From positions 62,001-126,000 of the forward strand of contig RHPI01002262.1 of the NCBI GenBank assembly GCA_009103225.1: a stretch of DNA of 64,000 bases, given 5' to 3'. The translations under genes were made by a program, and so were the position numbers. Positions 43,401-54,437 of this stretch are shown here, one piece after another. Numbering within the stretch: position 1 is the stretch's first letter; each line of letters opens with the position of its first letter. Source of the stretch: Chlorokybus atmophyticus. Its lineage: Eukaryota > Plantae > Mesostigma and Chlorokybus algae. The notes under the pieces were generated by a model. It searched no databases. It saw only the letters and a list, made by a program, of their open reading frames with translations, and was not told the origin of the DNA.

Positions 43401-44780
43401 CCCTTTTCGCAGTGCTGTGCATTAGTAAATCCTGATAAGAACAAAGTGATTTTGTGATCTTCTTTGGTAAAAGCCAATGTGCCATGAAGCGTGCAGCAGC
43501 ACAACTTGTGAGTGCGCACAACTTGTGCTGCACAAGCCACCAATTGATATGCTTTATATCAATGGACAGGAGAGACCAAGTACATGAGAGCAGCACATGC
43601 ATGTGAACTTGTTGCTGCTTGCTGCCGATTGCTTGCTGCTGGCTGCCTACTAACTGTCGTTCACTATCAAAAAACCCCTCACTGTATATAAAAGCATGGC
43701 GAGGGAATTCACTGCGTGCAACACATGCCACACAGCATGCACAACACAGCGCCGCTAGCAGCTGCATGCCAAGGCCAGCATTATATGCAACGTGACACAC
43801 ACATACGCACCTTGAACACAACCACTAGGCTGAACTATGTTCAACACTACTTTGACATCCAATCCACCACGACACTTTACTGGTGCAGTGCAATAGGCAT
43901 GGCTAACCGTGCATAGCTTTCTATGACGATGTTGCTGTACTAGTAATTTCACTACAACCGTTATAGTGACTACGTTGTAGTGACTACCCCACCCTGTCAG
44001 TCATGCATGCATGCAATTATCAGAGGCAGTCACTTGCACATCACCATTGACATTAATTCGACGTCACCAGCACCGGTTGTCACGGCGATCAGTTGATTCC
44101 CCTCGCCGCCTTTCTCCCACCCTCCACCACCGTCATCATTTCCAGTAATACCGTCGCCGCCGACTGTCGTTTGCAGCGGCACTGCAGCCTTTATGGTTTT
44201 GTCAGTAACTACAGGCATGCATGCTGATGTTATGTACTCCGTGCACGGCTGCGGCCATGTGCGACTGTCACTCATAACATGCTGGTGGCACACATGAAGT
44301 TGCGCAGCCTTTGTGAGACTCGCAAGCATTGGCACGCTCGCAAAAACCCTAAATGTACAAAGTATACAAGGCCGGGCAGCCACAATGGGCAGCTGCCCCA
44401 AGGCATCTATCTTATTGTGACGCTTCTGTGTAGGTGAGGCGCCTTGCTGCTTCCTTGCGTCCTTGCCCAAACTGCTACAGGGCCCAGCCAGCTATTGTAC
44501 TTGCTTTGCTTTGCACTGCCCATTGCTTGCACTTGCCTAACAATAACTTGACGCCCCTACCACACCGCACCAGCATGATTGTTTGAGTTGTTGAGAGTTG
44601 GTGTGCGAGTCAGTCAGTCACTTAGTTTTGCCTATGCATGACCTGCAAACAACACAACTGCTACCCTTTATAAAACTGCCTACCGTTATACATACACACT
44701 CGCAAACTGCAGAGCAAACAAACACTAGCACTATCTCAGTGGGCATAAACTGCTAAGCAGCAAAAATGCAAAGAAGCTTC

Positions 44781-46088
44781 TCACTCGTCCATATCCGCAA
44801 GCTCAATAGCATAATCATCGCGGACCTGCAACCATCATGATGGATGAAGTTGGCATAAAACACCACCAAAGCACCAGCAGTCAGCAAACCAAACAAGAAG
44901 GAACACGAGGCAACACAGGAGAAGCCAGCCGGCAAGCAGACCATAAGAGGGTGAGTACACCAACACTGATATAAAGACAGGACCCCGCGGAAGCTGCCTT
45001 TAGAAATAACAAGCTGTGAGACACTGCAGCAAGCCAGTGAAAAAGAATGAGCACTCACCACAGGGCCCTTGGCGAAGTACTGCCCGAACTGCAGGACGTA
45101 GACCTCATCCTCATCCTGGAGCTCAGCAACAAGGTCGGAATCCGGGTAGCCGACGCACAGGAGGCCGTAGCCCTTCTCCTTCAAGGGCTGCGAGATGCCC
45201 AGCGCCTGAGGCTGCCGCAACTCACCGGACTTCACCCTCACAGAACACGCTGTGCAACACCCTGCCATGCAGCCATGCATGCTTGCTTGCTTGCTTGAGT
45301 TGCAGTTACTTACTCTTCTTGACTGACTGACTTGACGTGACCCACTGAATGAGCCACATTGTGAACGCTACCCTGAAGCAAGTTAAGCTTGCACAGACGC
45401 TGCAGCTTACGACTATACCAGGATTGGCTGCTGCATGCGTGGGTATGTGCTGGCTAGATACATGTGTGCGCGTGCGCACTCGTTTGTGCGGGAATATATT
45501 TACCTTTACCTCAGCGGTTGTGTGCTTGAGCTAAGACTCACAAATGAAAGCTGGTAAGCTAAGCGATAGTGAAGCTAGCCCAGCTATGCACTGTGTGCAA
45601 GTAATCTTAAATAGTTCAGCTTACCCGCACAACAGCTGACAAGCCAAGTAAGGTAGGTGAATCCAAGTTGACGTTACCTCAAAATAAATTCACCTGAAGC
45701 AACTGATCTGGCGTTGACTCACAGCGAAACGAAAGTTAGCTAGCTCACCCATTCTGCAGGCAAAGGGGAGCTCTATGCCAGCATCTCGAAAGCTTTCCAA
45801 GATGTACTGGTCTTCCGGGACGTCCAGGACGTGGGTCTCGTCATTAAAGGGGTCCACTATCGTCACCCTGTGGCGGCGGACGTTCGCCTTGCCGCTGCCC
45901 CGCCCCTCAATCTGCCGCTGCTGTTCCTCACCCTGGCCACCTTGTTCCACCGCTCTCTCCACCGCCACCGACGCCCGAGCCGTGCATGGCCTGGACGGAG
46001 GCGTCTGTCCCCTCCTTCTCCTGCTCGGCAGTGTCGTCCAGGAAGACGACAGGGCCAGCGCCGTCGCCGTCGCCGCCGCCGCCGCCAT
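44781..46088 (-). CDS. FdC2: Chloroplast ferredoxin C2 (C-terminally extended 2Fe-2S ferredoxin); exons 46088-45749, 45261-45059, 44825-44781
   Basis: VPEDQYIL...LPFACRMGCCTACSVRVKSGELRQPQALGIS...GYGLLCVGYP...EDEVYVLQFGQYFAKGPV|VRDDYAIELADMDE*. Confidence 0.93.
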
Positions 46089-46637
46089 TCCGCCTCAAAA
46101 AAGATATCACCTACAGTGCTGCTGATATCAGTGACGTGGCAATGGTGTTACTGATATCAGATAGGGGCGTCTTGATTTCAGGGACACGTGGCCAGCTCTG
46201 CATTGTCAAAGCTTCAAAGGCTTTCAGCGGCGGCGGCGGAGCAATGTGGCAGGTCAGTCCAGCTGCAATGTTGCCTCACATTCATGATGGTCATGATGTA
46301 TTGTCCGCAGCACTCATTGTGGTAGCTCAGCTAGTCAGCGACTTGACCTTTCACGCATGCTCGTGTAGCACTACATTACTTCTGCCAGCTGTAAACTTCT
46401 GGCAGCTGTTCAGCATTGGACCTTTTCGCACAGCATTTGGTTCCAAGTATGCTACTGAGAAGTAGTCAAATGTTCTGTGCGTACGGTTAGTATTGTTGCC
46501 ATGCAGCGTGTGAACGTGCCCCCAAAACACAACACTTTGCCAATTGGCATCACCCAAAGTCAAACATAAGGTGCATTTGCCTATACGCATTCAGTACGCA
46601 TGATAAAAAAAAAAATTGTCATTGTATGCATGCAAAC

Positions 46638-48462
46638 ATGGAAGTTGCTGATTACTCTCCCCTCCTCTTCAATCAGCCGCTTGAAGATGAGCTTGTGACG
46701 GTAGCGGGCCGCGCGCTCAAACAGGTGTGTGTGAGCGCAGCAAGCAGTGTCTGTCATAGGTGTGAGTGTCACCCATTGTCACATTGCAATTCTATGTAGC
46801 TGGAAGCCCAACATGCTGGTCCAAAGTGCAAGTAGTGTCTGTCATGGGTGTGAGAGTCAAGCATTGTCACATGACAATTCTATGTAGCTGGAGTCCAAAA
46901 TGCATGCAAGCATGCCGTCATTTTTGCATGCAAGAATGCATGCAGTCGTGGTCATGCACAGTGAGGTCGACGCTCAGTTCTTATAGTGTGGTCGTCACTA
47001 TCACCGTCATTGTTGATGTTATAAAGGTCAGCTCATGACGACCTACTATAGACCATTGCATCCTTTGCATTAATGTGTTGCTTCATACAATCCTTGGTTT
47101 CCTCTTTTCAGCCATCAAGTGTTCAGGAACCAATTGTCCAGTGACTCCTTCATATAATGATGCATTCTTCCGTCCATCGCATGAATACCCTCCATTGCTA
47201 TAGCCAGCATTCACTTTTCTCAAAGCTCATTCGCGCAGAATGTGCCGATAACGTACAAGATCCCTAACGGGACGTTTGCGTTGGTGGCCGCCAACGTGCT
47301 TGTGCACGTGCGCCCGCAGTCTTTTAAGCGCCTCGTCCCAAGCAAGGAGCTTACATGCCTTAGCCCCAAACTTGTCCTCGAGGCAAGAGAGAGTTGTAAT
47401 GTGTATATGCGTGCGTGCATGTGTATGTTGTGTGTGCTTGACCATGACCACATAACCAATCATTGCAGGAGAGGGATCTAAGGAGGCTGCTTGTGAGTGG
47501 TTTCGTGCACAAGGACGCCGCTCACCTCCTCTACAACATGGTGTCCTTCTCCCTCAAGGGCTCTCAGCTGGAGAAGCAGGTGAGTCATTGTTGGCCGCAC
47601 TTGCATGGTCATGTTGTATGTGTATGAACCACTCTGGATGGATGTCAACTGAAGATGAAGAACCAACACGTTGGGTCTCCTCAATTCAATGTGCAGGTTG
47701 GACCCAAGCAACTTCTGGAGACTGTGGGAGACCTGCTGACTCTGTCCCACGGGTAAGAGTTGGTAACAGTGACACACCAAGTCCACCAATGAAAATTGCA
47801 TGCATCAAGTGTTATGGTAAAGTCCACTTGTGAAGTTTGCATGCGTCGTAGTGTGGTATGCTGAAATCCAACAACCCACTCTCAGGTTGGTTGTGGCGGT
47901 GTCATGGCTGCTTGCAAAGCGATTCAACATGTGGGGTCCATACAATAGCTCGTGCGTTGGGTTTTCGGGCGTGCTGTTCGCGCTTCAGGCCGTGCATGCG
48001 AATCGGGCCGGCGGGATGGCCGACGTGTTGGGTTACCAGATGCCCGCGTCCTCGGCATTGTTGGTGGAACTCATTGTCAATCAGCTTGTCCTCCCTCAAG
48101 GCTCCTTCCTCGGCCACATGTGCGGCGTGATGGCGGGCCTCGCTTATGTGCACGTGTCCCCGTTTATCCTGGCCGCGTGGAGATACATATTTGGGAAGAG
48201 GTTCAACCCGCCAAGTCTGTTACTCACAGTCAGCGCAGGGTTTCTATTGTCGCTCGGGATTGCTCCCTTTTGCAGAGCTGTTCAGAGAGTCAAAGGGGCT
48301 TTGTTTAGACCCAAAGCGAGGAAATTGGGGAGCGGACATGCGCGTCCCGCCATCAACGGGACAGATGTTGGTAACGGTGATGGAAGCAATGGTGTGGATA
48401 ATGGTGAAGTGGATGTTGAGGAGTTGCGTCGGAAGCGGCTGGCCAAGTTGGAAGACCCGTAG
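46638..48462 (+). CDS. Rhomboid-like protease RBL14/RHBDD1; exons 46638-46724 (tentative), 47239-47382, 47469-47579, 47697-47752, 47886-48462
   Basis: LRRLLVSGFVH..AAHLLYNM, catalytic VGFSG and SFLGHMCG, C-terminal ELRRKRLAKL. Confidence 0.88.
46746..46905. repeat. Imperfect 88-bp tandem duplication in a rhomboid gene intron
   Basis: AGTGTCTGTCAT.GGTGTGAG.GTCA..CATTGTCACAT..CAATTCTATGTAGCTGG starts at both 46746 and 46834. Confidence 0.85.
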
Positions 48463-49006
48463 TGATGTTGTTGTTTATGATCAATTGCGTGCATGCCTGA
48501 TTGGGCATTTATCCTCACATTGTTGGATACTTAGGTTTAGACTGTGTGGTAGACTATTATTCCATTGAGGGTGTCATTGTTGCAGTGCTTGTATAGTGAT
48601 GACTAAGACCCTGCTATATGCTTAGTACACGGGGACCTTCCGTGCCTTGTTGTACAGAATTGTGACCATGCAGTGATGGCAGTGCACTACACAGCTGGCA
48701 GCCTGCAATCGTGCACTTACAATCTGAAACACCACATCCAGCACCGGAGTCGTTTAGCGCGTGTGTTGCAGTGTGGTGGATGGCATGTGCAATGCGGAGT
48801 AGTGCACAATTATGCGACACCACACGCACCACCGTCGATACGAGTGGCATTGAGATATGACAGTAACATGGCCCACTGAAACCAGTTGGGCACGCGAACC
48901 AAAGCCAGCAAATCTAACAACTAGCCGCTGCTGGGGTACATTGAAGTAAAATGCTATGAACAAAGTATGAGGTATCTCATCTACAAGCTGAGGGTGGAAA
49001 CATTGT

Positions 49007-50076
49007 TTACCAATTAGAAAAGCCCCACCAGTAAGTTGCGAGTGCCAAGAGAAGCAAATACAACCTGCTCCTGTCATCTCTGTGACGCACGGAGCGCTGG
49101 TGATCTCCTTGTGGTGTTTGTGCATACTCTCCTTGACACCGCTGCATATGAGAAGCACTGCAACGACAACGCTGTATTCTCCACGTACGAGAAGCACTGC
49201 GAAGATAGCGCTGCCTTCGCCGTGCACTACCTTCACAGTGCTTCTCGTAAGCTGCGGCATTGAGGAGATCATCAAGCTCCGCCTTGTTGCTGAGCTTCAC
49301 TTTTACTAGCCAACCGTCCTCAAAACGACTGGACTTCACCTGCAATGGTCGCATCAGTAAACACGCTGCTTAATGCCACAATCTCACTTTGACATACTAG
49401 ACCGCCCAGCAGCTGTCATGAAGTTGGACTCATGCACCATTGTCGTTGCGTTGCTAACAAAGTGGTAGCTGCTGACAGACAAAACACCGCTCTCAAAAAC
49501 TCTTTGCCGAGCGCTTTTGCTGTAGATTTAAAGCGAGTTTCCATTGCCACAGACTTGCCAGTATAAGCGATACCAGCATGCATGCTAAGTCGTGCATGAC
49601 AAGGGCCTCTTGATGAATGCTGCTCCCTAACAATGCATCTCAAGTCCATGGTGAACAAACACATGAGCTGCAACGGATGTATATGTGCCTGAATCAAGTT
49701 GTGTTGCAGCATAATTTATGGTCATGAGGCTTACATTGGCGGGGGAGTCGGCGAGGATGGTGTTGACATCCGTGACAGTGCCTGTAACGGGAGAATAGAT
49801 GTTGCTCATGCTCTTGACGACACCAAGGGTCTCGCCTTTCTTGAGCTCCTTGCCAACGAAAGGGACATCCACGGAGAGGACGTCGCCGAGGGTCTTCTGG
49901 GCGAAGTCGCTGATGCCCACCACGCCCTCATTCCCAGACACTCTCACCCACTGGTGGCTGGTCAGGTACTTGCTTGAGGACGGGTTTACCGTCGCGTATG
50001 CCCTAGCCCACGAACGGACACCATCGATGCAAAGAAGCCTCCCAGAAAATGTGGTGCACGACCTTCGCAAAGCCAT
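49007..50076 (-). CDS. GCSH: Aberrant glycine cleavage system H protein (3-aa deletion before the lipoyl Lys, extended C-terminus); exons 50076-49735, 49339-49007
   Basis: KYLTSHQWVRV...GISDFAQKTLGDV...YSPVTGTV..VN..L..SPAN|VKSSRFEDGWLVKVKLS...LLNAAAYEKHCE. May be a pseudogene or a diverged paralog. Confidence 0.85.
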
Positions 50077-50431
50077 CGCGGCGGCGACCGCCGCCGCTGC
50101 CAACAACAACAACAACAACCTGTCCCGCCCCTTGCCTGAAGAGTCTCAGTACCCTCGCTTTTTTGTGCTGTTTTGCGGTACAAATGTTACGCCAATATCA
50201 ACACCACAATCGATATCGTGCACTATAGTAAAGATATCAATATTTGCCTCTGACCGTCGGTTTCAGCAGGGGATCGGACGGTGGCGGTCGGGCTTAGGAG
50301 AACGCCGCCCCGCCTGTGGTTGGTCTCTTTGGCTGCGGCGGCGGCGGTGGCGGCGGCGCCAACGGTGGTGAGGAGGCTAAGCCTGTTCCTGGTACTGGCT
50401 TGAGGGCCGGTGCTGGAGCTGGTCTGCCAAG

Positions 50432-51551
50432 ATGGTGAGTTGCGGGACGAGTGGAGCAGTGTTGGCGGAGGGTTTCGGGCGCTAGGGTTTTGGCAACTAG
50501 GGCTTGCTGACTAGGGTGTGGTTGTGCTTCATGCCGGGTCTGAATGCGTGTACGAGATTCATAGGTGGATGTGTTTGTGACGTGCAGTTGATCCCTAAGA
50601 AGAACCGCACAGAGGTGTACAAGTATCTGTTCAAGGAGGGCGTGCTGTACGCCAAGAAGGACTTTGAGGCTCCCAAGCACCCTGAGCTCGATGTTCCCAA
50701 CCTGCAGGTGAGTATAGTCATTTTAGACTGTGTGCTGTGTGCACTATTGTACTCCTGTGCGACCACTACCTGCATCCTCTGATAGTTGCATTTTGTGTCG
50801 GTTGTCATGTGCATAGGTTATCAAGTTGATGCAGTCCTTCAAGTCCAAGGAGTACGTGAAAGAGGCTTTTGCATGGCGCCACTACTACTGGTAAGTTACT
50901 TGAGTCACGCGCAGAATAGGTCCGTGTACTGGGCAATTACTTGCAGTGCGTTGATTGCAGCAGTGCGCCATGCACTGTTGGGCGGACGATTTGACTGCAT
51001 GTGCATATGTGCGGCAGGTGGTTCTGTAGTTACAGTGCTACCTGATGCTGAGCATATTACACTTACACAGGCACTTATATGGACACATTCGCAAGCTAGC
51101 ACACTGTATCATTGCGCAGTCGTGCGCCTCATGTGCAAAACAGTCTGTTCAACCAGCGCATGCGTCACCAGGTTGCTTGACCGATGTCATTCTCAGGTAC
51201 CTCACCAACGACGGCATCGAGTACCTCCGCGAGTACCTCAACCTGCCTAGCGAGATCGTGCCCGCGACGCTGAAGAAGTCCAACCGCGCTCCCACCCGCC
51301 CGCTGTCCGATCGCCCGCCTCGTGGCCCTCCCGGCTTCGGCGGCGGCGACAGGCCTCCACGCTTCGGTGGAGACCGCGAGGGTTACCGCCGTGATGGTCC
51401 TCCTGGCCCTCCTCGCTACGGCGACAAGGCTGGGGCTCCAGGTGATTACCGCCCAGAGTTCCGTGAGGGTGGTGGTTTTGGCCGAGGTGGCGGCGGCGGC
51501 GGTGGTGGCTTTGGACGCGGCGGGTTCGGCCGCGGTGGGCCCCCGCAGTAG
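50432..51551 (+). CDS. RPS10: 40S ribosomal protein S10 (eS10); exons 50432-50434, 50588-50707, 50817-50890, 51197-51551
   Basis: M|[25 protein letters not shown]...VPNLQ|[25 protein letters not shown]|[27 protein letters not shown]; RGG tail. Confidence 0.98.
50483..50519. promoter_or_regulatory. Telo-box (TAGGGTTT) plus two degenerate TAGGG copies in RPS10 intron 1
   Basis: Seen directly; telo-boxes are established 5' elements of plant ribosomal protein genes. Confidence 0.55.
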
Positions 51552-52289
51552 AAGCAGCTGCTAGTGAAGGTCTTCACTCCTGTTGGCATGCACTTGTGTG
51601 GAACGGAGGTGGGTGGATTGACACAAAACGGGGCACTGGCTGACCTGCTGTAGAGAGGGGTCGGGGTGCGTCACGCTAGCATGCCGGCTGGAATGACACA
51701 GCAGTTATGTCATGGCAGTGTATTCTTGCGCTTCACTGGTGTATTGGTGGTTTGTGCTTTGTGCCGCTGGTCTAGTGTAGCTCTGCTGATCTATGTGCAT
51801 TCTCATTTACTAGTACATGCAATGCAAGCTGGCACTGCTCCTTGCACAGACACATGCATGTATTCATTTTAGCATACCATCTTTTGTACATTTGCATCGC
51901 GCATTTGATGTACAGGATCTAGATATGGCAGTGCGTAATGGCAGCTCTCGTAGTCCTTGTGTGGTACAGTTGTGTGCGATTGTGACAAAGCTTGTGCATG
52001 TTGTAAGTGCCTGAGATTCCACAAGCTGAACAGTTCCAAGTGCGCTATACCTGGCTCGAGTGTGCTTGCTACAGCAGCTGTCCCCTACAACCAGTTGGGC
52101 AACACAGTGCGAGTTGGTCCGGGCCGCCTCTATTGACTCACAGTTCACATAAGATGCACAATCAAAGTGCCAGTCCGCAGTATGTACAGAAAATGTGAGA
52201 GGGGTATGCCCATTCAGACCACACCATGCATGCAACACTCTGCAGAACACACTCACCTCGAAGCTGCATACACGACCATCGGGCTACCT

Positions 52290-52600
52290 ACTCTTCTCCT
52301 ACACCTACATCTACGCCCCCCTGTTAGTCATGCGTGCATAAGTTGCAATCGGTTACCTGCACCAGCGCCACGTGGTTAGCGGCCCATTTGCAGCAGCACC
52401 AATGGTCACAACAGCAGCAGGACTTGGACTCCCTCCCTCCTCCCTTCCTTACACCCTCCCTCCTCCCGACGTCTTGACGTTCTACCGTCCTCTTGCCCGC
52501 AACTGCGTCGCTGCAGCCAGGGTTAGGGTTTGCGCCCATTGGCGCGCAGCATGCAGTCCCATGCACGGCATGCAGCACACTGCTGTACTGCGCTGCTGTG
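52290..52600. repeat. Dispersed repeat, copy 2 (see 43150-43400)
   Basis: Shared 34-mer at 52522-52555 and collinear flanking blocks. Confidence 0.75.
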
Positions 52601-53225
52601 TTGGCATGCTTCCATGGCATGCACACCAACCGGTGCCTGATCAACCTACACAAGCTATCTTTGATCTCATGTAAGCATTGCCACATCTAGGGTCAAGTTC
52701 AACATGATGAAAATCTTAGCTCATACAACGACACCACGTAAGTCGCCTGCCAATGCCTATTCATGCTGGTGCACTCACTGTTTATGACTTGGTGCCATAG
52801 TATGCTGTGGTACAATGCTGTGGTGCGATGATATGCTGTGATACTAACGATAGTAACTGCAAAGGATGACTCAGCATTAGTGCGCAAAGGGCTGCAGGCA
52901 GTTCACTAATGTTGGGATAAGGTCTTGTGTAGGCAGTGGTAGGATCGGAAAGGAAGGGCGGCGCCATAGCTATGCTGCTGAAGGCATTGTGTGGATGGGG
53001 GCCAAGCAATCTAGGCGTCCTAGCCTGTCCGTCGTGCATGCTGCTGGTGGCTGCTACGGGGTCCACCTCTTCCTTGCCTTCTCCCTACACACCGAGGTGG
53101 TACACCATGCTTCTGCTACTGCTGCTGCCACTGTTTGAATGTTGCGTAGTGCTAGCGGTGTTGAGTAGGTGTAATTCTGTCTTTGCCCACTTTATTACTT
53201 GCGTGCTTGCTGCTTGCACGGGTAC

Positions 53226-53553
53226 TGTAACGGAGTGCTACCGCTATGCGGTTCCCCGCCCTTATTTAATGAGAAATAAGAGTCCCAACGGGATAAACAC
53301 AGCCATTAAAGTCGTATTAGGGCCTTTATAGGGCCTAATAAGGTGTTATGTTATTTAACACTGACTTCGACTTGAGACATAAGTCTCAAGTCGATATCGG
53401 CCGCATGGCGGCGCTGCTAACGCAGCGACCACCATAACCAGGGGATCTTTTGATCCCCTAGCTGCCAGCGGCGGCGGCGGCGGCGACGTGGCTGTGGTTG
53501 GTGGTGTTGGGGTAGGGGATTAAAGGGGGCGGTAGCACCTCCCCCTCTTTACA
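53226..53553 (+). repeat. 5' LTR (328 bp)
   Basis: Direct repeat of 59770-60096; TG...CA termini. Confidence 0.97.
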
Positions 53554-53555
53554 TT

Positions 53556-53567
53556 TGGTCTCGGAGC
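53556..53567 (+). other. Primer-binding site, iMet-like (TGGTCTCGGAGC)
   Basis: Lies 2 nt after the 5' LTR; 10/12 match to the plant iMet PBS TGGTATCAGAGC. Confidence 0.65.
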
Positions 53568-54437
53568 GAGGGCGTGGGGGCCGTGGGCGGGCGGCGACGA
53601 CGTCGGCGGGGCGCAGAAGCGGCAGTCGGCACTGCTCAGTGCCGACATTAGGCCGGCGGCCTGACAGCGGCGGCAGCGGCGGCAACTACCCACTAGGGTG
53701 GGTAGTGGTAGTTGTTAGCTAGTTGTTGTTGTTGTATAATTGTATAATTGTAATATTGCTGCTGTTGGTGTAGCCTAGCCTAGCCTTGCCTTGCCTTGCT
53801 TGCTTAGCCTAGCCTAGCTTGCCTGGCCTAGCCTAGCTTGTTAGTGTGAAGGGGAGGCGGCCACACAGGCAGCCTCACCTCAAGCATTGTATCTCAGCAC
53901 ATCACTTGTAACTAAATCACATTATACCATGTGATTGTGCTAATGGTTGGGGCTGCCACCACGTGGATTCGTGGTGGTGTAAAGGGGGGTTGTGGTTGTG
54001 TACACTTCTCCCACCCCATGAAAGCAGTCTAACGCCAACTTGGGCTGTTTTGGCCGCCATTCTGTGCGGTAGGGCCGCCAGATTCATTCTGGGCGGCCGA
54101 TATCAAACCCTCGACTCACAACTTGTTGATATCGACATGTAGGGCTGATTCAACGAGAGTTTTGCACCTTTTGTGTCATTTACAATTGTGAGTTGAGCAG
54201 GGTTGTACAAAGTGAAAACTTTGAATTGTTGTAGCTTGTAAACCACCACTTGAATTCGCGTGCGGTTTGTTTACAAGCGAGTGTCTTGTTGCGAGGTGTT
54301 GGGCAGTTATTTTACGGGCTGTTTAACCCAAGTATAGCACCTTGAAATCAATGATAGAGAAACAACAAATTTTGACACTTTCAGAGTGCACAACTCGTGT
54401 GCTTGCAAACTGCTTGACGGCTTGTCTTCTTAGGTAG

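Noticed and set aside
49036-49263. Plus-strand 75-aa ORF containing AYEKHC twice as a separate gene
   Set aside because: Explained by the inverted GCSH fragments; no independent gene signals.
50708-51196. Intronic snoRNA in RPS10
   Set aside because: No paired box C/D or H/ACA motifs found.
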